Positions 8,646 to 16,107 of a DNA stretch of 40,228 nucleotides are shown one piece after another. Made by a program: the position numbers and the translations under genes. The stretch's first letter is position 1; each line of letters opens with the position of its first letter. The notes below the pieces were generated by a model, which saw only the letters and a list, made by a program, of their open reading frames with translations, did no database searches and was not told the DNA's origin. Source of the DNA: an uncultured Subdoligranulum sp. (lineage in GTDB: Bacteria > Bacillota > Clostridia > Christensenellales > CAG-314); NCBI GenBank assembly GCA_900551395.1, contig URVX01000001.1:1-40228 (forward strand), read 5' to 3'.

Positions 8646-11600
8646 TCACGCTGCTGGCGCTTCAGTCGAGCTGACAAAAGCGCCGGTTTCAAAGTCGGCA
8701 GTCAGCCAAAGCTCGCCCAAGGAGGCGCCGTAAATACGTATCGTGTTTTCATCCACCAGCTCGTAATAAACGGAGTAGGCTCTGCCCAGTCTGTCGATGT
8801 ACGTGCCATAGCCGTAGCCGTTGAACGCCGCCACCTCCCAGCCCGAGGAAACCATTCTGCACTCCCACTGCCCGGCATAGACGGCAAACAAATCGAAGCT
8901 GTCGCCGTCGGTGGAGAGCACGTCGGTCATGAGCGTGAAACGGAAAGCCCGCTCCGAGCTGTCGGCGGGGAGGAAATTCCACTCGTTTTCTCCGTCTGCG
9001 GCAGAGTAGCTCCCGGTTAGCGCTGCGGTTTCTCCTCCGTCCTCGAACAACGACGCGTTGCCAAGACCGTCCAGCACAAGTATCGTCGTGGAAGAAATTT
9101 TGTCGCCGTCGAGCAGGTTGTAAATTCCTCTGCCCGCGTCGAGAAGCAGCAGCGATTTTTGCTGTCCGTCGACGGATATGGCATAGATTTTTTCCTCGCC
9201 GTAACCCCTGCCGTCCTCGTTAAGCACTCTCACCCGCATAAGCTCGCGACCTTCCACCACGTCGTCCGCTTCGCGCACCGCCGCCGCGCCGCGCGCATTT
9301 CCCGCTTCGTCTATGAAAGTCGCCTCGCCGTAAGCGTCTATTTCCAGTCTTCCGCCGTCCGACAAAACAAAGCTTTCCACGTTGCCCTCGTCGTAAACGA
9401 TGTAAACGGCAACGGTGCTTTGACCGAGACTGATTGTGCCGTAAGCAAATCTGAAATCCTCGAATTCGTCGCCTTGGAAAGTCACGTCATACTCGTAGTA
9501 GCCGCTTTCCGACTCCACCCTGACGTAAGCGCCCGAAGCAACCTCAGAAATCTGCGCCTGTTCTCCGTCTGTCGCAGGCTCGTAGCTTTGAAGCGACGCG
9601 CCGCCGAAGCCGTCTAAAAACAGCAGGTATTTTTCCAGCGTGGGTACGCCGTTGTCAAGCGCGAAATACGTTCCGCGTTCAGACCCGGCAAGCTGCGCCG
9701 TGCCTTCGCCCACAATGCGCACCACTCCTCTCGCCCCCGACGCCGTTGTCAAGGTATATTCGTCGTCCGTCAAGGAAACGACGCAAAGCAAATTGCCCAG
9801 CCATGCGGTGCCGTCGCCGTTCACGGCAAATTCGATTCGGGTTTCGCCGTCGGAAATGACAAAATCGGCTTTTTCCCCGCTGTCGTAAACGAAGAAATAA
9901 TTTCCCAACGCGGGATAATATCTGAACACAAAGGAGTTGTAGCCGCTTTCCGCAAGCGCCTCGAAGTTTTCGGCGAAATATTCCGCCGTGAAGGTAAACT
10001 CCATGTACACGACTTGCCCGTCGGTATTGCTGTACGCCAAAGCGGAGTAACTTCCGTCAACCCCCACAACGTAACCGCCGTTGCCGTCGGGGAAACGAAT
10101 AAACGCGCTCCCCACGCCGTCGTTGTTTGTCGCGGTGAAGCCGAAGAACTCGCCTTCCTCCGGCAGACGGTTTTCAAGCTCGGAATAAAAAGTAATTAAA
10201 TGCCCCTCTTTGGTCAAAGAGTTTACCCTGACGGTAAATTGACTCATTTCCAAAGTGAAAGTGATGAAGTCATAGTTCGTTCCGCCGACTGAGTAGCCCT
10301 TTTGGAAAGTATAAACAACGGCAACGGTTCTCGTGTCGCCCTGCTTCAAAAGCGAGCCTTTGCCGAAGCCGTCGCATTTCAGGGTGTAAACCGTGCTTGC
10401 GTCGTGAATTGTGTATTCGCTTTCGGCGTCGTCGGCAATGACAAATGACGACGCGCCCTGCGATTTGTAATAAAAATCAGCGTAAAAAGGAGCAAGCAGC
10501 TGCCGATATTTTATGTTTTCCGTGTCCGCCGCAAACCACTCCGCGACAAAATGATAAATCCCGCTTGTCTCGTCGTAGGTATTTGTTCCCGAAATAACCT
10601 GCTGATATCTGCCGTTTGTCATGCTGACCTCGATAGAAGCCGTCTGACTGTCGAATATGCGCAGCTTGACGGTAAAACCGCTGCGCGCGTTTTCCTCCGT
10701 CCATACCGTGTTGTACTCCGCAAGCTCGCCGTATTTTTCCGTCATGTTGAGACGACCGAATACGCTTTTTCCGTCAACTTCCATACTCACGTAACCGACG
10801 TAATTTATTTTGCCGTCCACTACGACGTAATAGCCGTGCTCACGATAATAAACATAATCGGTTTCGCGCTCGGAATCCTTTTCTCCGTAATAAGCCTTGC
10901 CGAAGCCGTCCGAGCGGAAAGCCAATTCCTGACCGTTCAAATCCGTCAGCACATACTCGCCGCGCGTGTCGTCCGCCAGATAAAACACTGCAACCGTCGT
11001 CACATCGCCCGAAGTGGTTTTCCCCTGCTCCTCTCCGAGACGGCACAAAAAGCTTACTTCGCCGCTCCCGCCGGGATAAACCACTTCCATTACGTCATCC
11101 TTACAAACGTAGCCGCCCGTTATCACGCTCGTATCCGCGTTGGCAAGATATCCCGCCCCGCCGAAGCCGTCAAGTATGACTATCGGATAAGAAATTCCGA
11201 CGTTGTAATAATAATACGTGCCTTCAAAGCCGTCGCTCATCCGGAACACATCCTGCCCGTCAACCTTGTCCAGGCGGAAACGGAAGGTGTGCGACTGCGA
11301 GCTGAACTGATATACCATAGGAGAAACTCTCGTGTATGTACCCGACACTGCCGTGCCGTTTTCAGTCGTGTAAGTCGCCGAGTCCAGTCCGTCCAGCTCT
11401 ATTTTCGCGGCTCCGATGGAAGCTCCGTCGTACTGAAAAAGCTCAAGCGCCGTTTCCGCATCGAAATACGCAAATCTTCTGCCGTCGGCAAGCATCCTGC
11501 CGCGCAGCGTTTCGCCGTCGGAAATTTCAAATTCAAACAGCCGCGTATCCGCGTCGTAAGAGCCTGTCTTTTCTCCCAGCACGGGACGATAAAGCACAAC

Positions 11601-12647
11601 GTGCGCGCTGTCCTCCATGAGAAGATATATGCGGTCTCCGCCGCCGCCCAAGTCCGTCGCGCCGTAATTCCAGCAGGCGTACAGCATGACGGTGCCTTTC
11701 ACTTCCGCTATCTCGTCGCCCGCGCCAAACTCAACGTCGCCGTCGGGGCTTGTAGACCAACCGGCAAACCTGTAACCTCTGACGGAATAGCCGCTGTCGG
11801 CAACCTCGTGCGACGCACCGTAAGGCACGGTCGCATATTCCGTTTCGCCTTCATAATCGGAGCCCTGCGGCGCGTTGACAAAATAATAAACGTATCCGTC
11901 CGTGCGGTAAAAATATGCCTTGTAAACGTTTTTGCCGGCAGCCAGCGTTATCGACTGCGTCATAGTCTGGTCGAGCAGAAAGCCCTCGGGAGCTTTCAGC
12001 ACGGAAGAGCTCAGCTTTATCTCCTTGCCCAGCCAGTCGCTTCCGCCGTCGAAAACAATTTCGTCGGTAGGCTCGCCGTATTCCCCGTCGAAATTTTCGA
12101 GATAGACCTCGACGACATACGCCGCTTTGTATCTTGCGGTAAGGCTAAGCCCGCCCGCCGGCATAACCGCGTTTTGCGCGATCTGCGAGCTGCCGTTGAA
12201 CCAGCCACCGAACTCGGCGCCGTCAAGGCGCGGAATTGCCTGAGAAAGCACTGAGGACAAGGACTGACCGACTACGAGAGAATAAAACGTGTCGTCAAGC
12301 GTCCCTCCCGCGGGATCCAGCGTAAGAGTAGCCGTTTGCTCCGCCGAAAACTTTGCGTAGTAAGTTATATTTTCGTCGGGCATAATTTTAGGCAATTCGA
12401 CAGGACCTTCGGAAAAATCCTCCGTCAGGTACCACCCCTCGAAAATATGTCCGTCAAGCGTCGGATTTTCGGGTGTCTCAATGACCTCCCCCGCCTTTGC
12501 ATTTATCGGCGCAATTATCGTTCCGCGTCCGGTCTCAAACGTAAGCTTGTAAGACCTCGAGCAGGCAACTGCGACAGCAAGCGTGAACGTCAGCAAAACC
12601 GCTAACAGCACAATGTAAAAAATTGATTTTTTTGAATTTTTTCCCAT
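8646..12647 (-). CDS. giant (1333 aa) surface lipoprotein with N-terminal Listeria-Bacteroides repeats and about nine uncharacterised DGFG-type modules
   Basis: ORF 8646..12686. I prefer the internal ATG at 12647 (MGKNSKKSIFYIVLLAVLLTFTLAVAVAC), which follows GGAGAG at a 5-nt spacer. Basic N-terminus, hydrophobic helix and lipobox-like AVAC. Flg_new-like repeats: YKLTFETGRGT...FEGWYLTEDF...ITYYAKF, a second ending EFGGWFNGSS...LTARY, and a third YRFAGWSTSPDG...VMLYACW. Confidence 0.85.
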   Translation of the reverse strand: MGKNSKKSIFYIVLLAVLLTFTLAVAVACSRSYKLTFETGRGTIIAPINAKAGEVIETPENPTLDGHIFEGWYLTEDFSEGPVELPKIMPDENITYYAKFSAEQTATLTLDPAGGTLDDTFYSLVVGQSLSSVLSQAIPRLDGAEFGGWFNGSSQIAQNAVMPAGGLSLTARYKAAYVVEVYLENFDGEYGEPTDEIVFDGGSDWLGKEIKLSSSVLKAPEGFLLDQTMTQSITLAAGKNVYKAYFYRTDGYVYYFVNAPQGSDYEGETEYATVPYGASHEVADSGYSVRGYRFAGWSTSPDGDVEFGAGDEIAEVKGTVMLYACWNYGATDLGGGGDRIYLLMEDSAHVVLYRPVLGEKTGSYDADTRLFEFEISDGETLRGRMLADGRRFAYFDAETALELFQYDGASIGAAKIELDGLDSATYTTENGTAVSGTYTRVSPMVYQFSSQSHTFRFRLDKVDGQDVFRMSDGFEGTYYYYNVGISYPIVILDGFGGAGYLANADTSVITGGYVCKDDVMEVVYPGGSGEVSFLCRLGEEQGKTTSGDVTTVAVFYLADDTRGEYVLTDLNGQELAFRSDGFGKAYYGEKDSERETDYVYYREHGYYVVVDGKINYVGYVSMEVDGKSVFGRLNMTEKYGELAEYNTVWTEENARSGFTVKLRIFDSQTASIEVSMTNGRYQQVISGTNTYDETSGIYHFVAEWFAADTENIKYRQLLAPFYADFYYKSQGASSFVIADDAESEYTIHDASTVYTLKCDGFGKGSLLKQGDTRTVAVVYTFQKGYSVGGTNYDFITFTLEMSQFTVRVNSLTKEGHLITFYSELENRLPEEGEFFGFTATNNDGVGSAFIRFPDGNGGYVVGVDGSYSALAYSNTDGQVVYMEFTFTAEYFAENFEALAESGYNSFVFRYYPALGNYFFVYDSGEKADFVISDGETRIEFAVNGDGTAWLGNLLCVVSLTDDEYTLTTASGARGVVRIVGEGTAQLAGSERGTYFALDNGVPTLEKYLLFLDGFGGASLQSYEPATDGEQAQISEVASGAYVRVESESGYYEYDVTFQGDEFEDFRFAYGTISLGQSTVAVYIVYDEGNVESFVLSDGGRLEIDAYGEATFIDEAGNARGAAAVREADDVVEGRELMRVRVLNEDGRGYGEEKIYAISVDGQQKSLLLLDAGRGIYNLLDGDKISSTTILVLDGLGNASLFEDGGETAALTGSYSAADGENEWNFLPADSSERAFRFTLMTDVLSTDGDSFDLFAVYAGQWECRMVSSGWEVAAFNGYGYGTYIDRLGRAYSVYYELVDENTIRIYGASLGELWLTADFETGAFVSSTEAPAA

Positions 12648-12734
12648 ATTGCTCTCCTTTTTTCTTCTCGTTCTTGTCAATCCCATTCAACGACATTCCA
12701 CTTCAAGAACACATAAAAATGGTTAACATGTTTT

Positions 12735-12763
12735 AATATATCAAAAGGCTTATTTATTTGCAA
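12735..12763 (-). promoter_or_regulatory. candidate promoter for the 1333-aa lipoprotein gene
   Basis: Minus strand reads TTGCAA (12763-12758), 17 nt, TATATT (12740-12735), ~90 nt upstream of the ATG at 12647. The context is A+T-rich, so chance matches are likely. Confidence 0.35.
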
Positions 12764-12919
12764 GCAAAATAAAATAAAAACATTTGCGTCTTCGCCACAA
12801 ATTTTTTGAATAAAAATTTACGATATACGCTAAAATGTATAAATCCGATTGCGCCGAAGCTTAAGGCCTTAGCGACAATTAAATTATATTTTTACAACCT
12901 AAAGGCATGTCGGAAAAGA

Positions 12920-13070
12920 AAAGAAACACGCCACTTGCGTCTTCGTGTTTTTCTTTAAGTGCGCCATGCAAAGAAAAAAGATGCCTGTTTCGCATAAAAG
13001 CCGGCTTGTCGAAAAGCGGCGCTCGCCGCTCCGTCGCCAAGAAAGCCGCAGCCGTGCGCGAAGAGGCGCG
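12920..13070 (+). repeat. diverged, inverted copy of the tRNA-Arg-linked repeat unit (terminator-like hairpin plus structured ~110-nt body)
   Basis: GAAACACG..CGTGTTTTT hairpin (12922-12952), then GCGCC (12961-12965), hairpin ATGCAAAG..GTTTCGCAT (12966-12995), hairpin AGCGGCG-CTC-CGCCGCT, and closing GGCGCG (13065-13070). The parts follow the same order as the 172-bp units at 20195-20538 read on the minus strand. Spurious ORFs over both loci give similar peptides (GALKEKHEDASGVFLFF vs GALKKKTRAGASGVVF). Confidence 0.6.
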
Positions 13071-13074
13071 TAAA

Positions 13075-13103
13075 AAGCCCGAAGCAAACAAATACTCGGG
13101 CTT
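13075..13103 (-). terminator. intrinsic terminator after 13181..13801
   Basis: Stem AGCCCGA / TCGGGCT. On the minus strand it is followed by TTTTTA. It lies ~80 nt downstream of the stop at 13181. Confidence 0.5.
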
Positions 13104-13180
13104 TGGAATTTTTATTCATTGAAATTCGGAGATTTGCCGAAATTTTAGTCGTCGGTTTTCGGCGGGTTGTTTGAATCCGG

Positions 13181-13801
13181 TTACTTTTCTGCAGAAATGT
13201 TTTCCGGCGCTTTCGTAGCGTCGTAATCATAACCGATGTAAAAAACGAGCGTTATAAGTATGTCCGTTACGGGAGTTATAAGCAGATGCCAGGAGCTGCC
13301 GAAAATACGGTAATCCGCAAGTCTTATTATATTCAGGATGAAAATTATAAAGCATTCTGCAATTCTTGCAAGCACAAGAATTTCTATAATTCTGTCGCTT
13401 TTAAGCTTTCCCGAAAGCCCCAAAACATAGATTATGCCTATCGCTATCGTTGTCAGACCCAATATAAAATTGAACACGCTCAAGCAGATGTCCGAAGCGG
13501 AGCCGTTTTCAAAGCCGAGCCAATGGGAAAAAACGGTAAACAAATGGTGCATGAACAAATATCCGAAATAAGCGACAAACAACGTCTTCATCCAGAATTT
13601 GTTGTCCCTGTAAACCATGTAAAAACCAAGCAGGAAAAATGCCGCCTGCACGGACAATGAAAATATAAAATAAAAATAAACCGAAACCGAATTGTCATGC
13701 CAATTTACAAGCCTTGCAATGTTGTAAATTAAATTAAGGAACATTACTGCGATTATCAGACCGACAAGCCATTCCTTTTTCCGTTTAAACAAGCTTTTCA
13801 T
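13181..13801 (-). CDS. hypothetical polytopic membrane protein (206 aa)
   Basis: Only long ORF at this locus. The translation shows about six hydrophobic segments and the DNA is A+T-rich. No family recognised. Confidence 0.6.
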   Translation of the reverse strand: MKSLFKRKKEWLVGLIIAVMFLNLIYNIARLVNWHDNSVSVYFYFIFSLSVQAAFFLLGFYMVYRDNKFWMKTLFVAYFGYLFMHHLFTVFSHWLGFENGSASDICLSVFNFILGLTTIAIGIIYVLGLSGKLKSDRIIEILVLARIAECFIIFILNIIRLADYRIFGSSWHLLITPVTDILITLVFYIGYDYDATKAPENISAEK

Positions 13802-14003
13802 AAACTGCCTCCTGCTTGATATTCTTTATTCGTTTACAGTATATTGCTTTTGACGAAATTTTGTCAACTTCCGTAAAGTATTTGACGCATTAAGCATATC
13901 GGGCGTTTTAAACGCATTACGAATTATATTTATGCCGAATTAAATCAGAGGAAAAAAGTTTCGTCTCGTTTCGGGGCAGAGTTTAATAAAAAAATTTGAA
14001 ATT

Positions 14004-14681
14004 TCAGTCTTTTTTACATTTAACGGCTTTAACCGCCGTTAAAACAGACATGAAAATAAGAAATATCCATACAGCAAAAGAGCTGCAGGCGCAAACGACA
14101 AGCATGTCTCCGCTTATGCCGCCGCCGAAAGTCATGATAAGCGTGTATTGCAGAGACAGAAGGGATACCAACGCGTCGACAAAATTGATATTGCGCAGCA
14201 TTTTTACGCTCAGATGCCGGGATTTTTGCGATTTCGAGAAATTTACTGCCGACATAATTATTTTGTATGTGGTGTAAGTCGCTATCGTTATGGCAGTCAC
14301 GGTTGAAAAGTTTACGTTTTTTTGCTGCAGCGTCATAAGCGTTATCGGTGCAATCAAGGCAATGTCCGTTGCGAAAAGCAGTATGCTTTGCACCCGATAC
14401 AAATGCTTTCTCGCATTTTCCTTTTGCTGCTCGTCAAGCCCTGCTTTGAAAAATTTGATTTCGGAACACAAAATATAGGCTCTTATGCACAAAAGCGACA
14501 GATAATACGCGGCAATTCCGAAATTCCATGCGGTTTTGTATTTCAACCCCAGATAAAAATTGAAAACCGCATAAGCGGCGCCGACAAGAAAGGAAAGAGC
14601 CGAAAAGAAAAACGTGCGAAACGCATAATCGTTTTTTATAAGTTCGAGATATTTTCTTTTCGTCCCTTTTTTTCTTGTCAT
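14004..14681 (-). CDS. hypothetical polytopic membrane protein (225 aa)
   Basis: ORF with a basic N-terminus (MTRKKGTKRKY) followed by several hydrophobic helices. Its start lies 16 nt downstream of the stop of the gene 14697..15233, so the two are probably co-transcribed. Confidence 0.6.
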   Translation of the reverse strand: MTRKKGTKRKYLELIKNDYAFRTFFFSALSFLVGAAYAVFNFYLGLKYKTAWNFGIAAYYLSLLCIRAYILCSEIKFFKAGLDEQQKENARKHLYRVQSILLFATDIALIAPITLMTLQQKNVNFSTVTAITIATYTTYKIIMSAVNFSKSQKSRHLSVKMLRNINFVDALVSLLSLQYTLIMTFGGGISGDMLVVCACSSFAVWIFLIFMSVLTAVKAVKCKKD

Positions 14682-14696
14682 TTAAATCGCCGTTTT

Positions 14697-15233
14697 TCAG
14701 ATTAAATCTGCCTTTAAAAGGTCGTTTCCTTTTTCGAGAATATTTGCAAGCTTTTCTTCGTTGTCGTCTATGACGGGCAGCAACGCTTTGGTTTTTTTCT
14801 CAACACGTTTTTTGTAAATGAAATAATTTACTCCGCAAAGCGCCAGCCCGACAATTCCGAGCGCAATTCCGCCCCAAAAGGCGGATGGCTTGTTTTCCGC
14901 CAGCATAACCAGACTCATACCTCCTCCAAGGATAAGCGCGGCGATGCAGCCGAATATGTAAGCGAAAATACTTGCGCCCAGTGTTTTTGCGCGCTGCAAT
15001 CCGTTTATTGTTTGAAATACGTCCTCGGCCTGTCTTTCAAGACGGGAAAGCTCCTGCTTGTGCTTTTGTTTCCTGTCGCGTTTGAGAGAAAGCGTTATTC
15101 CGTCCACCGCCGTCGGAGTGGTTGAAGTGACCTCCCAGCCGAACGCCTCATACATATCCGTTGCCTTTGTCTGATCCTTTGCTTTGACTGTCTTTGTCCT
15201 GTATTCATAAGACACGAAATCCTTTTCCTGCAT
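14697..15233 (-). CDS. hypothetical protein, soluble N-terminal domain plus two C-proximal TM helices (178 aa)
   Basis: ORF track gives 14697..15431. The internal ATG at 15233 (MQEKDFVSYEYRT) is preceded by GGAGG at a 7-nt spacer, and the upstream 66 codons look like non-coding read-through. Confidence 0.6.
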   Translation of the reverse strand: MQEKDFVSYEYRTKTVKAKDQTKATDMYEAFGWEVTSTTPTAVDGITLSLKRDRKQKHKQELSRLERQAEDVFQTINGLQRAKTLGASIFAYIFGCIAALILGGGMSLVMLAENKPSAFWGGIALGIVGLALCGVNYFIYKKRVEKKTKALLPVIDDNEEKLANILEKGNDLLKADLI

Positions 15234-15391
15234 TTTTGATACCTCCGTAAAAATTGTTTTTTCCCGACGAAGCCGTCGACGCGCGTTTCGATTGACTTCC
15301 TCGTAAGACAAGTGTATCATATAAGAAAATTTTAATTCAATCAACCGTTTGCGCGGGCAGAAATACAAGATGCGCCGAAATGTAACCGCAA

Positions 15392-15934
15392 ATGAGACGG
15401 AAAAGGAGAATTTGTATCGTGGATTATGCACCCGAAGAATATACGAGGTTTTACATTGTTCAGGCTTTGTTCAAATTGATGAGCGCATACGAGTACGACA
15501 AAATAAGCGTAACAGACATAGCGGAAAAGGCAGGCGTGGGAAGGGCGACGTTTTATCGGTATTTCAAGCGCAAGGAAGACGTAATTATTTTTTACTTCGA
15601 ACACAACACGAAAGAATTTGTTTTCGGTCAGCGCTTTTATCCGAGATGCAGAGAGGATTACTTAATGGTCGCCAAAAATGTTTTTAAGCTGTTCAAGCAA
15701 AACAAGGAGCCCTTCAAGCTGTTGAGAAAAGCTCGGTTGGAGCATATTTATCTTGATTTTCTCAACAAAGGCTTTGCGGAAATGTTCAGCGACAATCATC
15801 CCGACTTAAACAAATATACGCCTTTTCTTTATGCCGGCATGCTGTTCAATGTGTCTATGCTCTGGCTGGACGACGACTGCGCCGAAGATATTGACAGGCT
15901 TGCCGAAATAATGGTGGACAGCGTTTTTAAATAA
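15392..15934 (+). CDS. TetR/AcrR-family transcriptional regulator
   Basis: N-terminal HTH signature ISVTDIAEKAGVGRATFYRYFKRKEDV, divergent from the membrane-protein genes. The true start may be GTG at 15419, which follows AAGGAG. Confidence 0.8.
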   Translation: MRRKRRICIVDYAPEEYTRFYIVQALFKLMSAYEYDKISVTDIAEKAGVGRATFYRYFKRKEDVIIFYFEHNTKEFVFGQRFYPRCREDYLMVAKNVFKLFKQNKEPFKLLRKARLEHIYLDFLNKGFAEMFSDNHPDLNKYTPFLYAGMLFNVSMLWLDDDCAEDIDRLAEIMVDSVFK

Positions 15935-15940
15935 AGAAAA

Positions 15941-15990
15941 AAAGAAAACACGAGCAGGCGCAAGCGGTGTCGTGTTTTCGTATCTGGCGC
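15941..15990 (-). repeat. 50-bp copy of the tRNA-Arg 3' end (last 6 nt, GCGCCA) plus its terminator hairpin; left boundary repeat of the islet
   Basis: AAAGAAAACACGAGCAGGCGCAAGCGGTGTCGTGTTTTCGTATCTGGCGC appears identical to 20323-20372 and 20495-20544. The similarity stops exactly after TGGCGC, the reverse complement of the tRNA end GCGCCA. Confidence 0.8.
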
Positions 15991-15993
15991 ACC

Positions 15994-16039
15994 AAACGCA
16001 ACCTTATTCGAATACTATCGGGTAGGGTTGCGTTTTTTT
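15994..16039 (+). terminator. hairpin with T-run just inside the left islet boundary
   Basis: AAACGCAACC (15994-16003) pairs with GGTTGCGTTT (16026-16035) and is followed by TTTT. Confidence 0.5.
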
Positions 16040-16049
16040 ATTTTAGCAC

Positions 16050-16079
16050 TTGCTAAAACAAAAGAATATTTGGTATAAT
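16050..16079 (+). promoter_or_regulatory. candidate promoter of the RM/AbiH cassette
   Basis: TTGCTA (16050-16055), 18-nt spacer, TATAAT (16074-16079), ~30 nt upstream of the ATG at 16108. Confidence 0.5.
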
Positions 16080-16107
16080 ATTCCAAAAGTATTTTTAAGG
16101 TAGTTTT

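Noticed and set aside
10551-12254. 567-aa + strand ORF
   Set aside because: It lies entirely antisense to the 1333-aa lipoprotein gene. Its composition is Arg/Ala/Val-rich with no recognisable motif or RBS, which is typical of a shadow ORF in a GC-rich gene.
12879-13230. ORFs 12879..13091, 12899..13087, 12907..13122 and 12955..13230
   Set aside because: These are mutually overlapping ORFs on both strands over the inverted repeat copy and the terminator hairpins. They have no RBS and are Arg/Lys-rich. The region is better explained as non-coding repeat.
15234-15431. N-terminal 66-codon extension of ORF 14697..15431
   Set aside because: The extension reads through the TetR-divergent control region and overlaps the tetR start. 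The internal ATG at 15233 has a GGAGG RBS, and the extension has no such signal.
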